64,000 nt of DNA from Gammaproteobacteria bacterium (GCA_965222155.1 CBDCTH010000012.1:2208001-2272000), one strand, 5' to 3'. Numbered from the stretch's first letter, positions 43,602 through 52,259 are shown. The notes: generated from the letters alone by a model not told the origin. A program made the numbers and translations.

Positions 43602-45455
43602 GTCGCGCCCCTTCGGGGGCGCGTGGATTGAAACAAATTCATCCATCGACATCTGACTCGATGATTCCCGTCGCGCCCCTTCGGGGGCGCGTGGATTGAA
43701 ACTGACTTATAGCGGCTTTTGACCTTTTCCAGGTCGGTCGCGCCCCTTCGGGGGCGCGTGGATTGAAACTCTACTGTCTTCTCAAACTGCTCCTTGAACA
43801 ACCGTCGCGCCCCTTCGGGGGCGCGTGGATTGAAACAGCCATTTTCTGCTGCTTTTCTTTTTGCTTCTTCGTCGCGCCCCTTCGGGGGCGCGTGGATTGA
43901 AACTTCTTCTATCACGAATTTGCCGTAGTAAGTCATTGTCGCGCCCCTTCGGGGGCGCGTGGATTGAAACTCAATGTGTTGTGGGTTGTATTCCGGTGAT
44001 TGCAGTCGCGCCCCTTCGGGGGCGCGTGGATTGAAACAGTACATTAGCCCAAATATCAAAGGGGACACAATCGTCGCGCCCCTTCGGGGGCGCGTGGATT
44101 GAAACCAGGGACTAGACCAACAGATGAAAGAAGGACTGAGTCGCGCCCCTTCGGGGGCGCGTGGATTGAAACTTCAGTTTCACGTCTTCCGGCATTATCA
44201 TCAGTATTTGTCGCGCCCCTTCGGGGGCGCGTGGATTGAAACAGCACATTAACGGTGCGCGATGACGCGGTCAAAAAGTCGCGCCCCTTCGGGGGCGCGT
44301 GGATTGAAACAGCACACCCCAAACCCAAAGATTTGGCGTGGCCTGTCGCGCCCCTTCGGGGGCGCGTGGATTGAAACCCATCGATTTGCTGTGTCTTGAT
44401 AGTAAGGTTTTGTCGCGCCCCTTCGGGGGCGCGTGGATTGAAACCGTATATTGCTCCTATTTTCCTTAGTCCTTCTTTGTCGCGCCCCTTCGGGGGCGCG
44501 TGGATTGAAACCCCAGGATCCCTGAAGTACCGATTCCAGATACGCAGTCGCGCCCCTTCGGGGGCGCGTGGATTGAAACTTCGCTGATAATAAATGATGA
44601 GTAGTGTGTCATTGTCGCGCCCCTTCGGGGGCGCGTGGATTGAAACCTACGTCTTGTAGTTGTTCTTTCAGTTTTGATAGGTCGCGCCCCTTCGGGGGCG
44701 CGTGGATTGAAACAGCACATTGACGGTAAGAAACGACGCGGTGAAAAGTCGCGCCCCTTCGGGGGCGCGTGGATTGAAACGTTTATGTCGGGCTTTTTGT
44801 TGTCAGGGGTTGACGTCGCGCCCCTTCGGGGGCGCGTGGATTGAAACGCTCACCATCGGGCGGCTGGGCCGTGGCGCTCAAGTCGCGCCCCTTCGGGGGC
44901 GCGTGGATTGAAACCATCGTGGCGTGGTGGACAAACAACCTACTGAGGGTCGCGCCCCTTCGGGGGCGCGTGGATTGAAACGCTCACCATCGGGCGGCTG
45001 GGCCGGGGCGCTCAAGGTCGCGCCCCTTCGGGGGCGCGTGGATTGAAACATGCCCATGACACCAACCAAAGAAGTAATCGATGGTCGCGCCCCTTCGGGG
45101 GCGCGTGGATTGAAACCTAGACCTATTCAAGTAACAAACATAAGCAAACTAGTCGCGCCCCTTCGGGGGCGCGTGGATTGAAACAAACACGCTTGAAAGG
45201 ACGAGCATTTGCCAGAATTGTCGCGCCCCTTCGGGGGCGCGTGGATTGAAACATTGCAGGATTTATGGATGTTTAAAATACCTGAACGTCGCGCCCCTTC
45301 GGGGGCGCGTGGATTGAAACGTTTTCTTGCAAGTAAACTCCACTACTTCTATGTTGTCGCGCCCCTTCGGGGGCGCGTGGATTGAAACATCGTAGCCTTG
45401 TTTTATAAATTCGATCCAGGTCGTCGCGCCCCTTCGGGGGCGCGTGGATTGAAAC
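43602..45455 (+). CRISPR. Type I-C array: 28 identical 33-bp repeats and 27 spacers of 34-37 bp
   Basis: Repeat GTCGCGCCCCTTCGGGGGCGCGTGGATTGAAAC, counted by hand. Confidence 0.99.
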
Positions 45456-45588
45456 TGTTGATTTTGGAAATATCATTAGTTATACTGCGTATTTCACTGA
45501 ATCCTGCCACCCGTTTCACGTGAAGGCTGCCACCCGGAACGCAGCAAAGCTGCCACCCCCAGGCGCGTGATGACGTGGGTGTTGGTCA

Positions 45589-46347
45589 TTATGACTCTGT
45601 TGGGGTCATCGTCGTCAATGTTTTTTTCTGTTTTCGCATGGATTCACCCTTGAGTTGTATTTTGTAAGCATTGTGCACCAGGCGGTCAAGGATGGCATCG
45701 GCGAGGGTGGGGTCGCCGATGCTGTGATGCCATTTTTCGGCCGGTAATTGACTGGTAGCGAGGGTGGAGCGTGCGCCGTGGCGGTCTTCCAGGATTTCCA
45801 GCAGGTCACGGCGCTGCTCTGCGTTCAATTTGACCAGGCCCCAGTCATCGAGGATGAGGGCCTGGGTTTTTGCCAGGGTGGTGAGGAGCTTGGGATAGCG
45901 TCCATCGCCCTTGGCGATGGACAGGTCCTGGAGGAGTCTGGGCAGGCGCAGGTAGAGGGCGGTGTAGCCGTGCCGGCAGGCGTTGTGTGCCAGGGCACAG
46001 GCGAGCCAGGTTTTGCCGACGCCGGTGGGGCCGGTGATGAGGATATTGAGGTGTTCGCGGACCCACTGGCAGGTGGCCAGTGATTGCATCAGGGATTTAT
46101 CCAGTCCGCGCGGGGGGCGATAGTCGATATCCTCCAGGGTGGCATTGTGTTTGAGGCGGGCGCGTCGCAGCCGGTTGGACAGGCGTCGGTTGTCCCGTTC
46201 GGTTATCTCCCGGTCGACGAGCAGGCCGAGGCGTTCCTCGAAGCTGAGGGTATCGATATCGGGCACGGACATCTGCTCGGTGAGGGCGGCAGCCATACCG
46301 GTGCATTTCAAGGTCTGGAGTTTGTCCAGGGTGGGATGTATCAACAT
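45589..46347 (-). CDS. istB: IS21 helper ATPase
   Basis: GPTGVGKT, LILDDWG and DPTLADAILDRLVHNA. Confidence 0.95.
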   Translation of the reverse strand: MLIHPTLDKLQTLKCTGMAAALTEQMSVPDIDTLSFEERLGLLVDREITERDNRRLSNRLRRARLKHNATLEDIDYRPPRGLDKSLMQSLATCQWVREHLNILITGPTGVGKTWLACALAHNACRHGYTALYLRLPRLLQDLSIAKGDGRYPKLLTTLAKTQALILDDWGLVKLNAEQRRDLLEILEDRHGARSTLATSQLPAEKWHHSIGDPTLADAILDRLVHNAYKIQLKGESMRKQKKTLTTMTPTES

Positions 46348-46366
46348 AGCAGTCTCCTGTCGTGGG

Positions 46367-47908
46367 TCAGTGGTAGTAGGATGGGCCACGGATATTGTCG
46401 TGGTCATCAGGTAAGGCCGCCTCGGTCTGCTCGGCGAGGGGTTGCCGGTCCAGGCCGTGGCGGAGGATGGATTCGATACTTTTGTAACTGTGGCTGCCCA
46501 GGGTGAGGGCGCGTTGGCAGGCGGCCTCCAGCCGGTCGTCGCCGTAGGTTTTAGCCAGGCGCAGGATCCCTAAGCAACTGCGGTAGGCCTGCTGGGGGTG
46601 CTTGCGGGCAGACAGGACACGGAGGATAAGGGTTTCTGTGGCCGGCCCGACCGGCGCGGCCCAGCGGCCCAGGCGTTGCGGGGACCACTCGCCGGCCTGG
46701 CGGTGCGCCTCGGGCATGTGGGCCGGGACGGTGGTATGACGTGCCTTATGATACGAGCGTCGATGGCTGGCGATGCGCTGGCCGCGATGAAAGCATTCAA
46801 TGGTGTTGGCGGTGATGCGCACGTCCAGTTGTTTTTTGATGAGCGCGTGGGGCACGGAGTAGTAATGGCCATGGACCTCGATGTGATAGTCGATATGGAC
46901 CCGCGCCTGCTTCCACTCGGCGTATTCGTACGCTTCGACGGGCAGGGGCCGCAGGGCCGGTTTATCCAGTTGCTCAAACAGCGCGCGCCGGGTGCCCGGC
47001 AGTTTCTTGAAGGGCCGGTTGTTGAGCGTCTCCAGCAACGCCCGGATGGCGCGGTTCAACTCGGCCAGGGAGAAGCACTGACGCTGGCGCAGGGCGGCGA
47101 GGATCCAGCGCTCTACCACCTGTACCGCGACCTCGGCTTTCGCTTTGTCACGGGGACGACGCACCCGTGCCGGGACAATGGCGACCCCGTAATGGGTGGC
47201 CAGGTCCTGGCAGGTGGGGTTGATGTCCGGCTCATAGCGATGCGCCTTGCTGACCCCGGCGCGTAAATTATCCGGCACCACCACTTCAGGCACACCGCCC
47301 AGGTAGGTAAAACAGCGCACGTGGGCGCCGATCCAATCTTCCAGGCCCTGGCTCCAGGTGGCCTCGGCATAGGTGTAGTTCGACGCGCCCAGCGCTGCCA
47401 CAAACACCTCTGCCTCACGGACTTCCCCGGTTGCCGGGTTGATGACCTGAGCACGCATACCGGCATAATCCACGAACAGCTTCTCACCGGCCCGGTGCTC
47501 CTGGCGCATGACCAGATCCAGCTTGCCACGCCACGTCCGATAATGCTGGCAGAACCAGGTGTACTGATAGCCTTGCGGGTGAGTCTGGCGATACTCATGC
47601 CATAACAACTGCAAGGTGACGCCCGGGCGTTTCAACTCCCGATGAATGTGTGACCAATCGGGCACGCCGCGGGCCGCGGCGGGTACAGCTGGGGCGGGCG
47701 GAAACAGCAGACGCTCCAGCGCCCCGTCATCCAGCGCCGCAGGCAGCGGCCAACCCAGCCCGGCCGCCTCGGCCCGGCGCAGGTACTCATCCACCGCCGG
47801 ACGGGAAATGCCACAACTCCTGGCTGTCTGGCGTTTGCTCAGGCCCTGGCTCCAGCACAGGCGTAATACGTCTTTTATCTTTCTCATGGACAACCTCTTT
47901 GCAGGCAT
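46367..47908 (-). CDS. istA: IS21 transposase
   Basis: FVDYAG, VPDNL, PRDKAKAE and HDNIRGPSYYH. Confidence 0.96.
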   Translation of the reverse strand: MPAKRLSMRKIKDVLRLCWSQGLSKRQTARSCGISRPAVDEYLRRAEAAGLGWPLPAALDDGALERLLFPPAPAVPAAARGVPDWSHIHRELKRPGVTLQLLWHEYRQTHPQGYQYTWFCQHYRTWRGKLDLVMRQEHRAGEKLFVDYAGMRAQVINPATGEVREAEVFVAALGASNYTYAEATWSQGLEDWIGAHVRCFTYLGGVPEVVVPDNLRAGVSKAHRYEPDINPTCQDLATHYGVAIVPARVRRPRDKAKAEVAVQVVERWILAALRQRQCFSLAELNRAIRALLETLNNRPFKKLPGTRRALFEQLDKPALRPLPVEAYEYAEWKQARVHIDYHIEVHGHYYSVPHALIKKQLDVRITANTIECFHRGQRIASHRRSYHKARHTTVPAHMPEAHRQAGEWSPQRLGRWAAPVGPATETLILRVLSARKHPQQAYRSCLGILRLAKTYGDDRLEAACQRALTLGSHSYKSIESILRHGLDRQPLAEQTEAALPDDHDNIRGPSYYH

Positions 47909-48044
47909 CTGTGTCTCCTCCTTTCAGTAGAAATAAGGACACAGGATACCCTTGGTTATCCACGTCAAACGCGCCGGTTATCTACCTCCTTGGGGGTGGC
48001 AGCTTTGCCGTGTAATGGGTGGCAGCTTTGCTGTGAAATACGCA

Positions 48045-48088
48045 CCACGAGGGCAGGATGTCCTCGGTCCCGGGAGTTAGCGGGAACT
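48045..48088 (+). repeat. 5'-truncated family A repeat abutting IS21
   Basis: CCACGAGGGCAGGATGTCCTCGGTCCCGGGAGTTAGCGGGAACTG matches the 3' half of 23146-23251. Confidence 0.8.
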
Positions 48089-48174
48089 GCTGATAAAACG
48101 CCACTATTTTCCCGGTGGATCGTTGAGGTAACTCAAACACCATTTATACAGACATACCTGTTTCCGTCGGGTCG

Positions 48175-49467
48175 TTATATCAACCAATAGGGCCAATAGA
48201 GAATCCTGTTCCTTTTATCCCAGTAAGGTAGTCCACCATAAGCGACAATGCCGAAGGCAACGCCATGGCTCAGGATAAAATCGACAAGTAATGAGGTATC
48301 AACCTGGCTGCGGTCGATGCCGGCTTTGGCCTCCAGCGGGATCATCCGCTTGCCCGTGCTTATCACGAAATCAATTTCTCCGGCCCCGTATTTAACCTTT
48401 TTATTGGCGTCTATGGTGAATGGCTTGTAGTAGTTGATTTGGGTTTTCAAGGCTTTTAACTGCAAAATCTGCCTGAGTCTGTTGTGCAGATATCCCTCCA
48501 CACGAAAGCCTCTTTCCGTATCACTTTCCAGCAGCCCCTCACCGGTTAAATAAGTGACAATGCCCGGGTCGATATAGGAAAAATTGTTGAGGTAGGAGCG
48601 ACGCTCTTCACCGATTAGAAGCGGTTTCTTTTTAAGCAGGTAACCCTGGTTGATAAGGGCGTCAATGACCTTGTTGATTTGGTCTCGTCTTCTTAAGCCG
48701 GTTCTTTGGAAAACTCCCTGGTAGGCAAATTCCTTGGAGTCCAGCCTGGCCAATTCCAGTTTAATCGTATCCGTAGTGGTTTCATTATTGACAGACATAA
48801 GTTCAAAACCACGCTCAACGATTTTACGTATTTCCACCAGTCCGGCGTCATTATCCTGCGCAAGGTAGACCAGGGGGAAACCACCATAGCACAGGTAGTC
48901 GGCTATGATCCGCTTGATGCCTTCATTAAGATCCAGGGGTATTTCCACGTCTCGCCCGTTTTGCCAATTGAACAACACATCTCGGAATTGCCGAACCCAT
49001 TCCGGTTCCACCATGTTTTCATGACAGAGGATTTCTCCGAGAGAGAAAGGCGCCAGGTTCCAGAGATCGGCCCGGCGTTGCAACCTCTTTTTGGCCTCCG
49101 TTTGCAGAAAAGCAGGGTTGGAACCGGAAATGATGAAGGACGCGCCGGTATGATCGAAGGCATATTTTACTGCATCGAAAATGAGTTCTGATTTTTGCAC
49201 TTCATCGATGAAAATGAGGGCGGGCCAAGTGGTCTGCGCGCTGACCTGCTCGTGCAGGTAGCGGGTATTCCAGGCTACGGCTTGGCGGAATTGCACGTCG
49301 TCCCCAGTATAGGAAAAGATCCGAAAGTCGTTTTCCAGCTTTTTCAGGACATGTTTAATGAGCGTCGTCTTGCCGGAACCGACTGTTCCGGCCAATATAA
49401 GCCCGGAGGGAGAATCCGGATTGAAAAAACGCAACAAATTCCCTTGTAATTCACGAGTTATGTACAT
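48175..49467 (-). CDS. Divergent AAA_14 + DUF4143 ATP-binding protein
   Basis: GTVGSGKT, IDEVQK, SGS, YGGFP, DPGI and EIDFVI..PLEAK. Confidence 0.85.
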   Translation of the reverse strand: MYITRELQGNLLRFFNPDSPSGLILAGTVGSGKTTLIKHVLKKLENDFRIFSYTGDDVQFRQAVAWNTRYLHEQVSAQTTWPALIFIDEVQKSELIFDAVKYAFDHTGASFIISGSNPAFLQTEAKKRLQRRADLWNLAPFSLGEILCHENMVEPEWVRQFRDVLFNWQNGRDVEIPLDLNEGIKRIIADYLCYGGFPLVYLAQDNDAGLVEIRKIVERGFELMSVNNETTTDTIKLELARLDSKEFAYQGVFQRTGLRRRDQINKVIDALINQGYLLKKKPLLIGEERRSYLNNFSYIDPGIVTYLTGEGLLESDTERGFRVEGYLHNRLRQILQLKALKTQINYYKPFTIDANKKVKYGAGEIDFVISTGKRMIPLEAKAGIDRSQVDTSLLVDFILSHGVAFGIVAYGGLPYWDKRNRILYWPYWLI

Positions 49468-49472
49468 GATAA

Positions 49473-49534
49473 GAGATTTTACTGAATTTTTTGAAAAATC
49501 TCCAGAGATTTTACCCCATGTTTCGTAGAATCTC
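49473..49534. promoter_or_regulatory. Two tandem 30-bp imperfect palindromes upstream of the ATPase
   Basis: GAGATTTTAC..AAAATCTC (49473-49502) and GAGATTTTAC..GTAGAATCTC (49505-49534). Confidence 0.6.
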
Positions 49535-49579
49535 CGAGGGTTCGTCCTGGTGATTTATGGTGTGATTATTCGTGGGTAA

Positions 49580-49608
49580 GTGTTCCCCACCCGTGTGGGG
49601 ATGAACCG
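49580..49608 (+). CRISPR. Solitary type I-E CRISPR repeat
   Basis: GTGTTCCCCACCCGTGTGGGGATGAACCG, 29 bp, with canonical I-E ends and hairpin. No second copy was seen. Confidence 0.8.
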
Positions 49609-49656
49609 TTGTTTTTGTCTTTCTGATGTTCTATACTTTTTCTACGGAGCTATACC

Positions 49657-50154
49657 ATGACATATCTACTTCAATTCCTCGATTCCCTTGCCTCCAACGG
49701 CGCCAATATTTTAATTATCGGCTTGTTGATATGGCATACCGTCGATATGCATTGGATTAAGAAATCCTTGCAGGATATGGACAAAAGCATCAAAAGTCTC
49801 GACTCAAAACTCAGCACCCGTATCGACAATTCTGACTCAAACCTCAGCGCCCGTATCGACAATTCTGATTCAAAACTCGACACCCGTATCGACAGTCTTG
49901 ACTCAAAACTCGACACCCGTATCGACAGTCTTGACTCAAAACTCAACACCCGTATCGACAGTCTTGACTCAAAACTCAACACCCGTATCGACAGTCTTGA
50001 CTCAAAACTCGACACCCATATCGACAGTCTTGACTCAAAACTCAACACAATGAGTGACAAAGTTTCAACCCTTGAAGGATCGGTAAACACGCTGATTCAG
50101 CTACAACAATACAAACAACCTCCCAAGTCACAACGAACCGGCACTGACGGTTAA
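49657..50154 (+). CDS. Membrane-anchored coiled-coil protein with eight 11-aa repeats
   Basis: GGAG RBS, hydrophobic N-terminus, and IDSLDSKLDTR-type units (33-bp tandem repeat, 49789-50052). Confidence 0.8.
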   Translation: MTYLLQFLDSLASNGANILIIGLLIWHTVDMHWIKKSLQDMDKSIKSLDSKLSTRIDNSDSNLSARIDNSDSKLDTRIDSLDSKLDTRIDSLDSKLNTRIDSLDSKLNTRIDSLDSKLDTHIDSLDSKLNTMSDKVSTLEGSVNTLIQLQQYKQPPKSQRTGTDG

Positions 50155-50276
50155 CCCGATCTTCCCTTTTTTTCGACTGGATGTCCTTGTTTCGCAACAT
50201 GATTGACAAAAAGATCAAGTTTTCAAGCAGCGCTTTTTGCGCATTGTATCTGCTCCTCAATGATTTTCTCCACCCA

Positions 50277-50310
50277 GTATTTTCCAATATGAAATGAGCC
50301 TGAAGGAGGG
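50277..50310 (-). mobile_element. Isolated IS terminus
   Basis: GTATTTTCCAATATGAAATGAGCCTGAAG closely resembles 62216-62245, which follows a transposase remnant. Confidence 0.55.
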
Positions 50311-50390
50311 ACGTGATGGCTTGTCTCTTATTTACTGAGCCCGGACAAGCGCAGATTGTCAGTCTGTACCGGGCGCGCTATACTCAGTAC

Positions 50391-51530
50391 ATGAACGCTT
50401 CCTCGGACCCATTCCTGTTTCAGCCGGGCGCTGGTAAGCTTCCGCCCTATCTGGCCGGGCGCGAGCGCGAACAAACCGTACTCCGGCAGTTTCTGGGTTC
50501 AGTGCAGGCGGGCAACGGCCCACCCGGCGACGTGGCGCTGATCGGGCCCCGAGGTAACGGCAAGACCGCGCTCATGCGTTGGTTCGAGAACGAATGCATC
50601 CAATTCGACGCGACGGACGTGGTGTGGCTGACTCCCAGCTCTATCCCGGATGTGGCTGGGCTGGCAACGCGATTGGCGCCTCCCAGGCGATTTCAGCACC
50701 TGCTGCCGGATTTAGTGACGGTCGGAATCGGCGGCACGCGTGCGACATGGGACCTGAGCAATGCCCCCGGTTCCCTGGCCGAGCTGTTGACTGCACGTTG
50801 CAAGGCCAGCCCCTTGGTGTTGTTGCTGGACGAGGCCCACAGCTTGGACACAGATATCGGTCAGGCGCTATTGAATGCCAGTCAGGACGCGCGGGCCAAG
50901 GCCCCGTTTCTGCTGGTGCTGGCCGGCACCCCCAACCTGCCGGCGCAGTTCAACGCCATGGGCGCAACGTTCTGGAATCGCGCGAAGAAACTGGGTATCG
51001 GCCGGCTGGACGAGACGGCCACGGCTGAGGCCCTGGTACGACCGCTGGCCGACGAAGGGGTACGCCTGAGTAAAGCGGCCCTGTCCCAGGTGGTGGCCGA
51101 GAGTCAATGCTACCCGTACTTTATCCAGCTCTGGGGGCATGCCCTGTGGACGGAGGCACGAAACCGAGGTGCGGCTTACATCGACCTGCCGCTGGTGGAG
51201 ACGGCCCGTCCGGCCTTTACTGAGGAGCAGAACAACTACTACCAGAACCGCTACGAGGAGTTGCATCGACAAGGGCTGCTTGTCGTGGCGGCCCGGGTCG
51301 CCGCGGCCTGGCGCGGTCAGGCCACGCTGCCGGACCACGTGCTGGAGGCCGTCATCGCCCGGGACGGCGGAGGAAACGACATGGCGCTGGATCTGTTGGA
51401 CCAGTTGAGGGATCTGGGCTATGTATGGAAACCTTCAGGCAGCGCCACCCTCTGGGAACCCGGCATCCCTAGCCTGCTGGACTATGTGCAGACAAATGCA
51501 CCCCCAAACGAATCCGTTTCTGCTCCATGA
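50391..51530 (+). CDS. AAA-family ATP-binding protein (AAA_16/22-like), GC-rich
   Basis: FQPGAGKLPPYLAGRERE, GPRGNGKT, LLLDEAH and YPYFIQLWG. Confidence 0.85.
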   Translation: MNASSDPFLFQPGAGKLPPYLAGREREQTVLRQFLGSVQAGNGPPGDVALIGPRGNGKTALMRWFENECIQFDATDVVWLTPSSIPDVAGLATRLAPPRRFQHLLPDLVTVGIGGTRATWDLSNAPGSLAELLTARCKASPLVLLLDEAHSLDTDIGQALLNASQDARAKAPFLLVLAGTPNLPAQFNAMGATFWNRAKKLGIGRLDETATAEALVRPLADEGVRLSKAALSQVVAESQCYPYFIQLWGHALWTEARNRGAAYIDLPLVETARPAFTEEQNNYYQNRYEELHRQGLLVVAARVAAAWRGQATLPDHVLEAVIARDGGGNDMALDLLDQLRDLGYVWKPSGSATLWEPGIPSLLDYVQTNAPPNESVSAP

Positions 51531-51571
51531 TAATGGCTTCATCCTTGATCGGGCAGGCAATGTAACAGGGG

Positions 51572-51687
51572 AATCAATGGGGTCAGACTCGATTGATTTT
51601 TCTGCCTGCGAAAGTTTACCCCTGTATGCTGTTGAGCAGGGGCAAGAATCTAATGAGCTAAATTAATCGAGTCTGACCCCATTGATT
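51572..51687. repeat. MITE with a 28-bp inverted repeat (GGGGTCAGA family)
   Basis: AATCAATGGGGTCAGACTCGATT ... AATCGAGTCTGACCCCATTGATT. Confidence 0.85.
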
Positions 51688-52259
51688 TTTACCTCCTCAT
51701 ACCGAAAACAATCGGTCGTATGATCATTGACCATACCAGTGGCCTGCATGTGCGCGTAGACGATAGTAGGCCCGACGAAGTTGAAACCGCGGCGTTTGAG
51801 GTCCCTGGAGATTATATTGGACAGGGGGGTTTCCGCCGGTATCTCGGAGCCCTGTTGCCAGGCGTTTTGAATGGGTCTGCCGTCGACGAAGTCCCAGATG
51901 TAATCATTGAAGGTGCCGAATTCCTCCCTGACCTTGATAAACGCCCGGGCGTTTCTGATTGCGGAACGGATCTTGAGTTTGTTCCTGATGATGGCTGGGT
52001 TTTCCAGCAGGGCGTTTACCTTGCCCTCGTCATATCCCGCCACCCTGGTGAAATCGAAATTATCAAACGCCAGCCGGTAGGCCGGGCGTTTTTTTAACAC
52101 CGTAATCCAGCTCAGTCCGGCCTGAGCGCCTTCCAGCACCAGGAATTCAAACAGCTTCCTGTCGTCATGCAGCGGAACGCCCCACTCCTCGTCGTGATAG
52201 CTCCGGTAGCTGACGTCATCCCCAAGGGACCACCTGCAACGGACAGGCTCGGACTTCAT
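51663..52259 (-). CDS. tag: DNA-3-methyladenine glycosylase I
   Basis: RCRW, YHDEEWG, LEGAQAGLSW, IIRNKLKI and VNDH..C. Confidence 0.95.
   Translation of the reverse strand: MKSEPVRCRWSLGDDVSYRSYHDEEWGVPLHDDRKLFEFLVLEGAQAGLSWITVLKKRPAYRLAFDNFDFTRVAGYDEGKVNALLENPAIIRNKLKIRSAIRNARAFIKVREEFGTFNDYIWDFVDGRPIQNAWQQGSEIPAETPLSNIISRDLKRRGFNFVGPTIVYAHMQATGMVNDHTTDCFRYEEVKINGVRLD

Larger units (their letters stand above)
45486..48044 (-). mobile_element. IS21-family insertion sequence
   Basis: Terminal IR TGCGTATTTCAC/GTGAAATACGCA, multiple CTGCCACCC sub-repeats at both ends, and istA-istB inside. Confidence 0.95.

Noticed and set aside
44038-44072. Spacer 7 self-targeting the local MITEs (CCCAAATATC, GGGGACA)
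   Set aside because: Only short, non-contiguous matches of 7-10 nt, which are compatible with chance.
43703-45422. Spacers 2 and 27 as another homologous pair
   Set aside because: They share only TCCAGGTC near the 3' end, and the translations do not align convincingly.
43589-45476. ORFs across the CRISPR array
   Set aside because: They are translations of repeats and spacers (recurring FQSTRPRRGAT and SIHAPPKGRD), not genes.
49789-50052. 33-bp tandem repeat as a second CRISPR array
   Set aside because: The units are contiguous with no spacers, are in frame, and encode a coiled coil.
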